The notes: a model not told the origin generated them from the letters alone. Positions 28,206 to 37,690 are shown, numbered from the stretch's first letter. The stretch is 64,000 bases of DNA from a virus (IMGVR_UViG_3300029288_000056:128001-192000), one strand, 5' to 3'. Numbers and translations are program-made.

Positions 28206-28659
28206 AATATGCTCCTTGCAATGAAGGGATGATTAGTTCAGGCTCTATCATATTAACCCACGGTTCGTCATTATTTTCAATTATTATATCGGCAAATTCT
28301 CTTTGCTTGAAGAAAATTTCACGAGCTAGCCATTCCCAAAAAGGTCTTTGATTGAATGGTATGAACAGCTTACCATCGTCTTTCTCTTCTATAACTTTCC
28401 TAAAAGGAAAACCCATCCAATATACATCATGTTTTCGTAAATCCATTGGTATGTAAACGATCTTATCGTAATGCGATATTCTTATACCATGTTCAAAACG
28501 CATGTGATCCTCATAAGTGGAGATAGTTGGCTTATGATCGAATAAAGCGAATATCTCGCCATAAACATACCACATCCACAGCCAATCCTTAATTATATTT
28601 AGTTTTCGCCCGGTGCTAAGTTCCATTAGTCCAACACATACTTCCAAGCGGCAGCCCAA
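28198..28659 (-). CDS. hypothetical protein
   Basis: ORF; likely start at MELSTG. Confidence 0.6.
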   Translation of the reverse strand: MGCRLEVCVGLMELSTGRKLNIIKDWLWMWYVYGEIFALFDHKPTISTYEDHMRFEHGIRISHYDKIVYIPMDLRKHDVYWMGFPFRKVIEEKDDGKLFIPFNQRPFWEWLAREIFFKQREFADIIIENNDEPWVNMIEPELIIPSLQGAYFE

Positions 28660-28811
28660 GACTTTCTATGAGCCTCGTCAATTTCCTTAAACTTTTCGTC
28701 GAGTTGCTCATGCATGTAGTCGTGAAACGCCTGAACCTTTTCGGGTGTGTCTAAAATACCCTCTGCTTTTTCAAACTTATGGGTGACAATTAATTTTCTT
28801 TGTGTTTTCAT
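28626..28811 (-). CDS. hypothetical protein
   Basis: Coupled ORF. Confidence 0.6.
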   Translation of the reverse strand: MKTQRKLIVTHKFEKAEGILDTPEKVQAFHDYMHEQLDEKFKEIDEAHRKSWAAAWKYVLD

Positions 28812-29149
28812 ATTTTTACCTCGTATATTTTAAGCCCAAGTTTTTGAGCAGTTAATAACATGTGTGCGCTTCCTCTACTGACACCGTTCCAAACTAAAAT
28901 AAGGGCCTCGGCATAATGCGCCATTTCTACATTTCTTATCAGGCCCGCCGCACGACCGAATTTGGCCCAATCAGCAGGGAACTCCTTAACCGGAATGCTG
29001 GCATCTATAGCCCATTTTCTACCTAGTTTGTCAACGCCTTCGGCCATGCCGCAGACTACCTCGGTGATTTCGAAACCAGATTTGAGGGTCGCATTACAAA
29101 CTACGCCAAAGTCCTTAATTGTGCGACTGCCTGCGATGATCGTTTTCAT
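28808..29149 (-). CDS. SLOG / YspA-like (DUF2493) protein
   Basis: IIAGSR, G.A.GVD, FPADW..GRAAG.IRN.EM, W.G.SRG. Confidence 0.85.
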   Translation of the reverse strand: MKTIIAGSRTIKDFGVVCNATLKSGFEITEVVCGMAEGVDKLGRKWAIDASIPVKEFPADWAKFGRAAGLIRNVEMAHYAEALILVWNGVSRGSAHMLLTAQKLGLKIYEVKI

Positions 29150-29634
29150 ACTCTTCCTCGTTCATATACGTCATTAATCCACCACATTATATGATTCATA
29201 GACTTCTCAAAACACTCGGGCGACGCGTCTAAACCGTGAAAGTCTACCCAGATAGTTCGCTGAATGTGGGGTTTGTCAAATTCATAGTGAATCTGTACCT
29301 TCCAAACACCATCTGAAAACAGAGAGGGAATATTTTTAATCGCTATTTTCAACAGCCTCGGTGAAAATCCTAAGCATAGGTGGCCATGACAGGATTCGGG
29401 TAGCGAACCAACCCTACCGTAGGTATCACCCTTCTTATGCCCAGTACACGATCCCATCGAAACTACCCCGTCGTAGCTGTTGATTTTAATCAGCCAAGGG
29501 ATGAGCTCTTCGTCCAATGAGTACGTTGCTTTCGCTTTGAGCTCTTTAGCTTGTGGAATGTCTTCTTCTAATCTTTTCTTTAACAGCCGTTGTAGCCATT
29601 TTGGTATCGCACCTGATTTAGTATAACTTTTCAT
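29146..29634 (-). CDS. TYW3-like protein
   Basis: LD..L...L..INS..G....SC.GH resembles the TYW3 N-terminus. Confidence 0.45.
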   Translation of the reverse strand: MKSYTKSGAIPKWLQRLLKKRLEEDIPQAKELKAKATYSLDEELIPWLIKINSYDGVVSMGSCTGHKKGDTYGRVGSLPESCHGHLCLGFSPRLLKIAIKNIPSLFSDGVWKVQIHYEFDKPHIQRTIWVDFHGLDASPECFEKSMNHIMWWINDVYERGRV

Positions 29635-29670
29635 CCGGTAATCCTCTCAACTTCTTCTTTACCTAACATT

Positions 29671-29741
29671 AGCCCATCAGAGGATTCGAACCCCCACAAA
29701 CTGAGTACGGATCAGTTATTCTACCATTAAATTAGACGGGC
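29671..29741 (-). tRNA. tRNA-Thr(CGT), C33 variant
   Basis: GCCCGTC/GATGGGC, U73, ACTGA-TCCGTAC-TCAGT. Confidence 0.85.
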
Positions 29742-29852
29742 GACTATCTATTCTCCAATAATACCTACCGTTTTCTTCCCAGTGAATCAAATAAAGATTG
29801 CGAACAAGATGATATGTTCGTAAAATTTTTGCCTCAATCATTTCCCTTTTGT

Positions 29853-30137
29853 CTAACAACAATATGTTCCCCAATCAATCTCAATAAACTTATTCAAATA
29901 AAATTTAAACGGTGCTGTTGTTAAGTATTGAACTAGCATTTCATTGATATTTATTGTTATAATCATTTCTTCGGTAGTTTTATCTATCCATTTATAAGCA
30001 ATTTCTCCGCCTAATCTTAAGATCTCACCATTAACTAAACAACAATTATCAAACCCTACATATACAACACATTGTCTTTTCATCTCCCACTTATGCGGAA
30101 GACAAAACCAATTAAACTGCTCTTGTGATGTAAACAT
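29853..30137 (-). CDS. hypothetical protein
   Basis: AT-rich ORF between tRNAs. Confidence 0.45.
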   Translation of the reverse strand: MFTSQEQFNWFCLPHKWEMKRQCVVYVGFDNCCLVNGEILRLGGEIAYKWIDKTTEEMIITININEMLVQYLTTAPFKFYLNKFIEIDWGTYCC

Positions 30138-30138
30138 T

Positions 30139-30209
30139 TGTCGGCCCCCAGAATCGCACTGAGATCTTCTGTGCTTCAGACAGATGTTCTTCTGTTGAAC
30201 CAGACCGAC
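30139..30209 (-). tRNA. tRNA-Phe(GAA), atypical D and T loops
   Basis: GTCGGTC/GGCCGAC, TCTGT-CTGAAGC-ACAGA; no D-loop GG; T loop TGCGATT. Confidence 0.8.
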
Positions 30210-30213
30210 TAAT

Positions 30214-30296
30214 TGTCAGAGGCGGGATTTGAACCCGCACGCCCTTTCGAGCGACAGAACCTCAGTCTGTTGCGGCTGCCATTACGCCACTCTGAC
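30214..30296 (-). tRNA. tRNA-Leu(GAG)
   Basis: GTCAGAG/CTCTGAC, A73, ACAGA-CTGAGGT-TCTGT, long V arm. Confidence 0.92.
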
Positions 30297-30298
30297 AT

Positions 30299-30420
30299 TG
30301 GACACCAACAGGACTTTCACCTGCAATTGCTATTACTATGGCTCGCTCTCGCGTTTTACCATGTGTTCATAGTCGGAGCATTTACTTGACCCCGTGTTTT
30401 ATATTTTCACCATGGTGTCC
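30299..30420 (-). ncRNA. tRNA-scaffold RNA with an expanded middle (~120 nt)
   Basis: GACACCA/TGGTGTC acceptor, D-like arm, T arm GCAGG-TGAAAGT-CCTGT. Confidence 0.65.
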
Positions 30421-30422
30421 TA

Positions 30423-30568
30423 AAGCACTGGCAAGGATTCGCACCTCACATAGACTAATTTTCATGTCGTCCTTCGTTATGCTTTCTGTCCGCTGGCTCA
30501 TAGCTCCAGCCGCGTGAGCGCCGACCATACTTGCATGCTAAGTCGTCTACCTATTCCGCCACAGTGCT
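30423..30568 (-). ncRNA. tRNA-scaffold RNA with a large insert (~145 nt)
   Basis: AGCACTG/CAGTGCT acceptor, GCGGAATAGGTAGACG D arm, T arm with TGCGAAT loop. Confidence 0.7.
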
Positions 30569-30575
30569 TTTAAAA

Positions 30576-31067
30576 CTATGCGTCTTCTTCAAACAGGTCG
30601 CTTCCAAGATAAGTTTCTGCCATTTCGTAGTCTAGCCCGTTTAACAACATACTGTTTTCTGTAGTAACTAAATCAATGATCTCATATCTCGCGAATTCTT
30701 TATCAACTAAACCGTACTTATCCCATCTTGGGCGATAATAATAAAAATAAACGTTACCACTCCTGCTTATGTGTGCGTAAAGATCATAACAATATGGGCT
30801 AGTGCAAATCACATTTGGGTTGTCGTCGTTCATACGCTCATCCGTACCGCCTATGTTGCGCGGACATTTGTAAATGCATGGGTCTTTGAACCTGTTAATC
30901 ACGACCTTCTTTCTATCATCTGTCAATAGAATAGTAGGTATCGGTCGCTCTGACGGCTTTGATTCTATACGGCCGCCCTCAATCATTCCACCAACGTGCT
31001 GAGTTGCGGTATAAGACCCGCCTAAACTACGAGTTCCATACTCGTTCTGTGGGGACATCTGTTTCAC
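30576..31067 (-). CDS. hypothetical protein
   Basis: GAGG RBS, GTG start. Confidence 0.65.
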   Translation of the reverse strand: MKQMSPQNEYGTRSLGGSYTATQHVGGMIEGGRIESKPSERPIPTILLTDDRKKVVINRFKDPCIYKCPRNIGGTDERMNDDNPNVICTSPYCYDLYAHISRSGNVYFYYYRPRWDKYGLVDKEFARYEIIDLVTTENSMLLNGLDYEMAETYLGSDLFEEDA

Positions 31068-31080
31068 CTCTCTTTCATTT

Positions 31081-31154
31081 TGCGCCCCGAGAGAATTGAA
31101 CTCTCAACCTCCCGCTTAAGAGGCGGGTGCTCTATCCAATTGAGCTAGAAGCGC
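31081..31154 (-). tRNA. tRNA-Lys(CTT)
   Basis: GCGCTTC/GGGGCGC, A73, CCCGC-CTCTTAA-GCGGG. Confidence 0.88.
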
Positions 31155-31391
31155 TTACTTTTCTACTCCATACACATTTCTTAAAGCTTCAAAGAATTCT
31201 TCTTGATGCTGCTCATTCCAACTTAACACATCTTCTCTCAGTTGTTGAGCGCAAATCATTGTTGCTAAAAATCCTTTGAAGTCTGCAAAACTTTTCGGAG
31301 TATTCCCTTTTTGTTCGCAGAACTTCTTATAGTCCTCGTGCATCGGTTCTGCTATTTTCATTCTATCTAAAAATTCAGGATAGGACATCAT
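31155..31391 (-). CDS. hypothetical protein
   Basis: ORF. Confidence 0.6.
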   Translation of the reverse strand: MMSYPEFLDRMKIAEPMHEDYKKFCEQKGNTPKSFADFKGFLATMICAQQLREDVLSWNEQHQEEFFEALRNVYGVEK

Positions 31392-31393
31392 AA

Positions 31394-31819
31394 CTATCCT
31401 TTCATTTCATCGTACTTATTTTTCAAATCGCCCAACTTTTTATTCAATTGGTTAATCTCCTCTTCTCGGACAGCCACACGGAGTAGTTTAGTGAGTTTTT
31501 GAACCCATTCTCCGTTATGAAACTCAATCACATTAAATGCACGGCTATCACAACTATACCAATGAGTTGAAATTTCTCTCGCCTCGAGTAGTTTTTTATC
31601 ACCCTGAGTAACAATGACACCGTCCGCTTTTTCGATAAGAAGCCCATCAATCTCAAGGGGATAATCAGCGCGAATAAAACGCAGGGACTCGAATATTACT
31701 TTTGCAATCCACTTCCCTCTTTCGCGTAAATTATCAACTCTTGTCTCTTCTCGATCAACTTTCCACTTTTTGACAGTTAGTGGAAGATTCCTGATCGCGT
31801 TAACTATTAGTTCAATCAT
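31394..31819 (-). CDS. hypothetical protein
   Basis: Coupled ORF. Confidence 0.65.
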   Translation of the reverse strand: MIELIVNAIRNLPLTVKKWKVDREETRVDNLRERGKWIAKVIFESLRFIRADYPLEIDGLLIEKADGVIVTQGDKKLLEAREISTHWYSCDSRAFNVIEFHNGEWVQKLTKLLRVAVREEEINQLNKKLGDLKNKYDEMKG

Positions 31820-32168
31820 TATTCACTCCCTCTTTCTTAGTCCCGATGTAAACACCTTTAGCAATCCGATGTACAATATAATCCCCAAGCTCTGTTTCGT
31901 CTTCCGTAAAAACTTCGCCATCCTTTTTGCGAATCGGTAGCCGCTGCTCGCGCATTCTTTTAAGGTGGGTCCATAGCGCGTGTATCTTATCCATGAAGTC
32001 TTGCTCACATTCCATGCTTGACGGCTTATCACTATTTTTCCGAGTTCGCAAAACATCATCAATTCCATTATACACAATCAGCCATCGCCAGTTTGTGGAT
32101 AGGTCAAGATCGAGCTCTTGAATCTGAGTACTGTCTGGGTCGAACCCAAGAACTCCACGTACCCGCAT
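31812..32168 (-). CDS. hypothetical protein
   Basis: ORF. Confidence 0.55.
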   Translation of the reverse strand: MRVRGVLGFDPDSTQIQELDLDLSTNWRWLIVYNGIDDVLRTRKNSDKPSSMECEQDFMDKIHALWTHLKRMREQRLPIRKKDGEVFTEDETELGDYIVHRIAKGVYIGTKKEGVNND

Positions 32169-32409
32169 GGCTTTTCAAGTTAACTTCCAAACGAACAGTC
32201 ATTTCTTCTAATTTCCAAATCAACCAAATATGGCCCAGACAATCCGGTGTAATCATCGTTGGCTCTGGACAAAGTGAGCCAAGCCAGTTAAGCTTTTCCT
32301 CAAGCCAATCCAACCCTTCGGCAGAAAGTGCTTTTTGTCGTTCACTCTCTTCTGGAAATGTCCATCCGTCTTTTAGTGCCCGTAACTCGTCAATCCGATC
32401 TTTTATCAT
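32104..32409 (-). CDS. hypothetical protein
   Basis: Start reset to MIKDRIDEL with AGGAG RBS. Confidence 0.55.
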   Translation of the reverse strand: MIKDRIDELRALKDGWTFPEESERQKALSAEGLDWLEEKLNWLGSLCPEPTMITPDCLGHIWLIWKLEEMTVRLEVNLKSHAGTWSSWVRPRQYSDSRARS

Positions 32410-32416
32410 ATCACTC

Positions 32417-33061
32417 CTAGTTATCGAACCAAAAAACGATTCTAACGTCTTCCGGTTTACCCAAGGCTTGTAGTCTTGGGATACATCTGCGATGAAAATG
32501 CTCTGTCTCTTTATAATAGGTTGTTTCCCAAAACACTTGCGTATAGTAATGACTTTCCTTGGGCGGGTTTTCGAGTAGCTTATCCATCTCTTCGTTACTG
32601 ACCTTAACGACGGCACCACCAACGTCGCCTGCATAAGTCTGAGGCGCCCTACCCCATTTGAACCGCTTATATTCCTCTAAATCGACAAAGCCGCATAGTG
32701 TGGCTTTTTGCTGCCAGTCAAAGGCCATCAGTTCTCTCAGGTACAAGAAGCTGTGTGAATGGCCGTCAATACCGTAACGATCCGACAGTCGCTTTACTCC
32801 CGCCGTGACGTCTTCAGGGAGGTCTCTTGGCACCGAGATGGGCCAGAAGACCCTTCTTTCTTCTCCGTAAGGGCCTCGCTCGTTTCTCACGCCGGCAAGT
32901 ATAGCAAAGAGATTGTAGTTTCTTTCGCAATAAGGCTCGTCTATGTAGAACTCGCTCCAGTCGTACTGTGGCAAATACATGTCGTTCTCGAACCGCTTAC
33001 CGGCCTTAACCCATTTTCCATTACGTATGTACTCAGCGTACGCGTGTATATCGCAACCCAT
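32417..33061 (-). CDS. conserved phage hypothetical protein
   Basis: MGCDIH, RNY.LFA.LAGVR, HSHS, RIVFWFDN signature. Confidence 0.8.
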   Translation of the reverse strand: MGCDIHAYAEYIRNGKWVKAGKRFENDMYLPQYDWSEFYIDEPYCERNYNLFAILAGVRNERGPYGEERRVFWPISVPRDLPEDVTAGVKRLSDRYGIDGHSHSFLYLRELMAFDWQQKATLCGFVDLEEYKRFKWGRAPQTYAGDVGGAVVKVSNEEMDKLLENPPKESHYYTQVFWETTYYKETEHFHRRCIPRLQALGKPEDVRIVFWFDN

Positions 33062-33062
33062 T

Positions 33063-33371
33063 TTAGTCTCCTTTTATAACATAGTTTTCAGAAAAGTCAA
33101 GCTCTATTTTTGGGATCTTAGGGACAAACTCTATCCAGTTATTCTCCGTCTCGTCACAATCTTTCAGCACCAGCACTCGGTTTCTATTAACTACCTCCAC
33201 AATCATCGGTTCCTCAACCTCACCACAGATCTCTTTCCAAGCTTTTTGGGCTAATTTGATGGCGCGCTTTTTGTCTCTCGCAGCCACTAGGAAGCCTTGA
33301 TTGTTCGGCTCTGGTGGATCCAACAGATCGCCGGCCGTTTCGCTCTCGAACCATATCTCATAGAGAATCAT
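33063..33371 (-). CDS. hypothetical protein
   Basis: ORF. Confidence 0.6.
   Translation of the reverse strand: MILYEIWFESETAGDLLDPPEPNNQGFLVAARDKKRAIKLAQKAWKEICGEVEEPMIVEVVNRNRVLVLKDCDETENNWIEFVPKIPKIELDFSENYVIKGD
33073..33102 (-). promoter_or_regulatory. weak or degenerate copy of the conserved promoter
   Basis: GCTTGACTTTT-16-TATAAA inside an ORF 3' end. Confidence 0.45.
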
Positions 33372-33420
33372 TTAATAACCTTTCTCTGCTCTACTTTGCC
33401 GCAAATCTTACATTTTTCTA

Positions 33421-33858
33421 TCATGAGTTTTCATCTCCAATATCTTCCTCAGTTATATCTAATGACACTATAGTAACTATTTTGCCGGGGATATATTTCA
33501 TTTTCTCACAAGCTAATCTAACATCGCCGCCATCAGCATTTACTATGATTCTATTTCCCCCAATTCTTAGAGTGTAATCCGTCTTTCCAATGTCGTTAAA
33601 ATATTTTTCTACAGTTTCTTCGATACCAATAAAATAATCTGGTATTGTTAATACTAAATTCTTCGCACAATAAAGTCCATGAATAATGACAGACCAACCG
33701 TTCTTGTCCTTTTTATTTAAAAACAAATGATAACGCCCCCAAAATTCCCCACAACCACTTTTGATACACTCATGGTTATACTGGCATTCGATTACGGCAC
33801 AACCTTTTTTGGGGTCAAAGTTATCTATACGGTGCCCATAATTATGTTTACAATTCAT
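33421..33858 (-). CDS. hypothetical protein
   Basis: ORF. Confidence 0.55.
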   Translation of the reverse strand: MNCKHNYGHRIDNFDPKKGCAVIECQYNHECIKSGCGEFWGRYHLFLNKKDKNGWSVIIHGLYCAKNLVLTIPDYFIGIEETVEKYFNDIGKTDYTLRIGGNRIIVNADGGDVRLACEKMKYIPGKIVTIVSLDITEEDIGDENS

Positions 33859-33859
33859 T

Positions 33860-33941
33860 TGTCGAGGGAGGGAATCGAACCCTCACGCCCGAAGGCTTCG
33901 GTTTTTAAGACCGAAACGGCTGCCAATTACGTCACCCCGAC
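33860..33941 (-). tRNA. tRNA-Leu(TAA)
   Basis: GTCGGGG/CCTCGAC, A73, TCGGT-CTTAAAA-ACCGA. Confidence 0.92.
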
Positions 33942-34489
33942 AATTTAATATAACTTATATTCTGTTCACTAAAATACAACTCGGTTAGCGAAATTATGTT
34001 AAAATTCTTATTTTGCTTTATACAAACAACCACTTGTTCTTTTAAGAATTCATGGAGCTTACTATGTGCACTTCTTGTTACCACCAATAGATTACCAGTA
34101 ATGTTATTTGTATTATCACCATCTATATGATGGACCACTTCTCCGGTTTTAAGTTTCCTTCCTAAAATAGACTCTGCAAGTTCTCTATGCGCATATCTAT
34201 TACTCTTGCCACCATGATCATTTTTAAGCCAGCCCATATACTCATAATTATTATCACAATTATTAGAGATTGATTTTCTTAGAACATTACATTCTTGACA
34301 TAATCTTGATCCTTTACGCTGGGAGATATAATTATCACCACATGCAGCACATTGTTTATGATATATTGTATGCCCTTTTTCTAGGTATCTCTGTTTCGCC
34401 CTTTCCCTTGCATCTTTCTTATGACAATCACAGCACACTCTTCTACCGAGAGCTCTAGGCCCTCCACATTTAGTACATATTAAGTCCAA
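33932..34489 (-). CDS. HNH homing endonuclease
   Basis: HR.LAE..LGR.L..EVVHHIDG...NN...NL; stop codon inside tRNA-Leu. Confidence 0.88.
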   Translation of the reverse strand: MDLICTKCGGPRALGRRVCCDCHKKDARERAKQRYLEKGHTIYHKQCAACGDNYISQRKGSRLCQECNVLRKSISNNCDNNYEYMGWLKNDHGGKSNRYAHRELAESILGRKLKTGEVVHHIDGDNTNNITGNLLVVTRSAHSKLHEFLKEQVVVCIKQNKNFNIISLTELYFSEQNISYIKLSG

Positions 34490-34963
34490 TTATCTTTCCT
34501 TATCTCTACAAATCGAGTCTAGTAGGTAAATTCCGTGATATTGCATCCTTCTCGCAGTTATGAGTGCTTGGCGAACAGCATTGGCAAATTCTTCAAGCTG
34601 CGACTCTTCACCTTCTGGTGAAGAGCACTCTTGACGCCAAATCCCGAAGAGGTGGCCAATAACATCAGGATAATTAAGAAGATTATTCCCTATCCTATGG
34701 AATTCTTCTCGAAGATCATCAAACCGCTTAGATATTTCCCTAGTTCTAGGTGTGTCGGGAAAAATATCCGGAGTAAGATCATAACCGGAATGACAAAAGT
34801 ACCCGTCACTGACTTCTACAATCCTGTTATCTTTAATCTCACGGATCTCTTGTAGCTTAGCATCACAAAAAACCTTGTCACCAACACTGTAGCTCATTTC
34901 TATCTCCTTTATTCTATTTATTTCTCCCCTATAATCCCAAATAAAATGGTGTAGTTTTTCCAC
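34490..34963 (-). CDS. hypothetical protein
   Basis: ORF; likely start at MSYSVGD. Confidence 0.6.
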   Translation of the reverse strand: MEKLHHFIWDYRGEINRIKEIEMSYSVGDKVFCDAKLQEIREIKDNRIVEVSDGYFCHSGYDLTPDIFPDTPRTREISKRFDDLREEFHRIGNNLLNYPDVIGHLFGIWRQECSSPEGEESQLEEFANAVRQALITARRMQYHGIYLLDSICRDKER

Positions 34964-35291
34964 CCGGATACAATTGATCCTTGTCTGTCTTCCAGTGCCT
35001 TAGACATTCAGTCATCATACTCATGGCGGAAAATGCAATCATACCTTTCTCATGTTCCGAAGCCGCGTCATAAATATCCTTACCATCTAGCCAATTATTC
35101 GGAAGTTGCGGCCATCCAGCATAACCCTTGGCACTCTCAAAGTATCTTATAACACTACGCATCCACTCTTGAAATGCATCATAGTGTCTAAGTTCAATAC
35201 CATTGAGGATGGTTTTGTTTAGCCCGTTATAATAGTTGTAATAACAAAGCTCTTCTGCTTTATATTCCTTTACATTATGTGGCAAATTCAT
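34929..35291 (-). CDS. hypothetical protein
   Basis: ORF. Confidence 0.6.
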   Translation of the reverse strand: MNLPHNVKEYKAEELCYYNYYNGLNKTILNGIELRHYDAFQEWMRSVIRYFESAKGYAGWPQLPNNWLDGKDIYDAASEHEKGMIAFSAMSMMTECLRHWKTDKDQLYPGGKTTPFYLGL

Positions 35292-35300
35292 TTTGTCCCC

Positions 35301-35837
35301 TTACTTTATTAGCCATACCTTACAGTTCCTAAACCCTTCCGGCTGATTGTCACCCAGTAAAAGGATGGTACCTCCTAGTGGATGATAGCCACGAGCTGTG
35401 TAAACCGCGATTGATCCGTCCGGAAACTCTACCAATAGCTCTGCTCCAACCCAAATATCACGGCTGCAGACCAAACACGAATTCGGCCGTGTAAACATCT
35501 TCATCTGAAACTCGTCCCATATTTCGGTGATGTTGGAGTCCTTCGTATACATCAAGTAGTCCGTAATGCCGGGAAGCAGTTTGTATTTGTCGCCCCACGT
35601 TACGATCTTATCCTCAACCTTAAGGGGTGTGCGAGTTTCGCTCTTAACTTCCAGAGATGACATAACAAGAGACAGAAACATTATCGTTAGGCACCCTATA
35701 AAAGTGAGACCTATCACGAACCCGTAAATGAACGAGTCTCGTTCTTGTGCGGTTTTCCTATCATGTAGGAGCATTAAAAATCCGACTCCTGCTATTACAA
35801 ACCCGACAAGACCAAGTATAAAAAAGTATAGTCCCAC
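35301..35837 (-). CDS. membrane protein
   Basis: Two N-terminal TM helices. Confidence 0.65.
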   Translation of the reverse strand: MGLYFFILGLVGFVIAGVGFLMLLHDRKTAQERDSFIYGFVIGLTFIGCLTIMFLSLVMSSLEVKSETRTPLKVEDKIVTWGDKYKLLPGITDYLMYTKDSNITEIWDEFQMKMFTRPNSCLVCSRDIWVGAELLVEFPDGSIAVYTARGYHPLGGTILLLGDNQPEGFRNCKVWLIK

Positions 35838-35845
35838 GTCTCCTC

Positions 35846-37684
35846 CTATGTTCGTTTCTGTCCGTACAATTCGAACAGAATATCACCGATTAGTTTGTCG
35901 ATCTTTCCCATGTCGTGCTCTGCTGGCAACGTGGACTTCTCGTGAGCCAGAACGATCTCATTCTCAAGATCTTCTTTCATCACAAAGATTTGGTCCAGAG
36001 TATACTCGCCGTTTTTGATTGCGATCAGTTGCTCGGCGTCGATACCCCGACGATCCACATTAATGACTCCGGTCTTGAGGGCTTCAATGCCTTGTCTCAA
36101 CATCAGCACGAGGTAGCAGGCGTTTTTACTATTGCCATGAATAGCTGGCCGTCCATTATTACGCGTAATTAACGTACCATTAGGAACATCGAAGCAAACA
36201 ATTCTATGGTCAGAAACTAGTTTTTCCTTTATATTGTAGCCCGCTTTCTTGCCGCGGGAATCATATTTTATTTCTGCGTTATGCGGCAAAAAGTTACGTT
36301 TATAAATACAATGAAAACCCTTTGTGATATTAGACTTCATAACCTGATACATAGTCGTATCACCATAGGGGCCACCCTTTGTGTCATAACCACCATATAC
36401 TACACAAGGAATACCAGCTATAATCATAATCGCTTGCAAATCATCGGCTAATCGTTTATAACTTGTATAAATTATATCATTCTGCTTTTTTCTTGTGCCA
36501 TCTCCGGCCATCCAAGCATCCCACAGTATCATGGATTGGCGTGCAGATAAATTAAAACACCATAATGGGACATGTTTATAATTTGAGCCGTTATCCCTAT
36601 TACATCCACAATCTTCTAAAATTTGTTTAGCTATTTTCCCATGTAATACCCAAACGGCGCATTTCTCATAATTATAACTTTTAATTGGAAACACACTCAT
36701 GAGATTATCTATTATCTTGCGGTATTCTCCGCATTTCTTTTGGGTAAAAGAAACACACTTAAATTGTCCGTTTTCACGAAATTGAGCAGACCCATCTGAT
36801 AAATATAAACCAACTAGTTGTATGTATTCATCAGATATGTCGTATTCTTTCTGCTTAATATTCGGTATCGTTCTAATATGAAAGCAATCATCTCTTGATT
36901 TCATAAGATTTTCTAATGATATTAATTCCCAATTAGCAGTGCTCTCATTATAAATAATAGAGTGATTATTAGACTTTTGACGATGCGCGTGGGCTAATAG
37001 TAACCTATGGTTAGGTGTTACAATCGCGCGTGAGCTATGGGTATCTATTTGATACATAAAGCCGCTATATAATTGGTCCGTTTTACTATTATAATGTTGA
37101 AATTCTAGCTCCCCATTACTAATATTGAGTGTGGCTAATCTTGTATTGGGATTTATTTCGTCAAATTTTTTCCACCCTGAATCGGTTAGAAATTCGGTTG
37201 TTACCTCTTCGTAACAGTCGTAGCCGTATTTCTCCTCGTATTCTTTTCTTACTCTTCCGCGCTCACCTTGTCTCAACTTACCGATCAGCTTTTGGTACTG
37301 ATTATAGGCAAAGCCTCTGAAAGTACCGAACAGCTTCTTAGTGATGAACAAGTCTCTATTTTCCATCAGCCTTTCCCAGATCTCGTGCTTATAAGACACG
37401 AACTCATCAGGAAAGAATAGAGTATTCAGGATGCTCGGATTCGAATTGCTCAAGAGCTTCACGTACTTTTGGATCTCATAGATTAGAACGTCGTAGTCGT
37501 CTCGTTGAATTTCTACTTGTTCCCATCTGTTAAGTTCCCAAAAGTCTTTCGGATCAAGGTAAGACACACCAAAGACGTCAGTATCGTGATGTGAAGTCTT
37601 AATGCCAAACACATCACTACCGCGATAACTCAGGAACAATGGTGTCCTGAGCGCTTCAATCTCAAATGGAATCTCTAGTTTCAT
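35846..37684 (-). CDS. Pol-beta-type nucleotidyltransferase (YcgL/RlaP/NrdC.11-like) interrupted by an intein
   Basis: GS.VFG.....DTD, NP.IL, YGYD|intein|SKNA. Confidence 0.85.
   Translation of the reverse strand: MKLEIPFEIEALRTPLFLSYRGSDVFGIKTSHHDTDVFGVSYLDPKDFWELNRWEQVEIQRDDYDVLIYEIQKYVKLLSNSNPSILNTLFFPDEFVSYKHEIWERLMENRDLFITKKLFGTFRGFAYNQYQKLIGKLRQGERGRVRKEYEEKYGYDCYEEVTTEFLTDSGWKKFDEINPNTRLATLNISNGELEFQHYNSKTDQLYSGFMYQIDTHSSRAIVTPNHRLLLAHAHRQKSNNHSIIYNESTANWELISLENLMKSRDDCFHIRTIPNIKQKEYDISDEYIQLVGLYLSDGSAQFRENGQFKCVSFTQKKCGEYRKIIDNLMSVFPIKSYNYEKCAVWVLHGKIAKQILEDCGCNRDNGSNYKHVPLWCFNLSARQSMILWDAWMAGDGTRKKQNDIIYTSYKRLADDLQAIMIIAGIPCVVYGGYDTKGGPYGDTTMYQVMKSNITKGFHCIYKRNFLPHNAEIKYDSRGKKAGYNIKEKLVSDHRIVCFDVPNGTLITRNNGRPAIHGNSKNACYLVLMLRQGIEALKTGVINVDRRGIDAEQLIAIKNGEYTLDQIFVMKEDLENEIVLAHEKSTLPAEHDMGKIDKLIGDILFELYGQKRT
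36131..37216 (-). mobile_element. intein with LAGLIDADG endonuclease (362 aa)
   Basis: Starts CYEEVTTEFLT.SGWK, TPNH block B, LVGLYLSDG and AWMAGDG, ends HGN before Ser+1. Confidence 0.88.
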
Positions 37685-37690
37685 AGTCTT

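Noticed and set aside
30299-30568. Group I intron-containing tRNAs
   Set aside because: The inserts are under 100 nt with no recognisable catalytic core, and no clear spliced anticodon loop could be reconstructed
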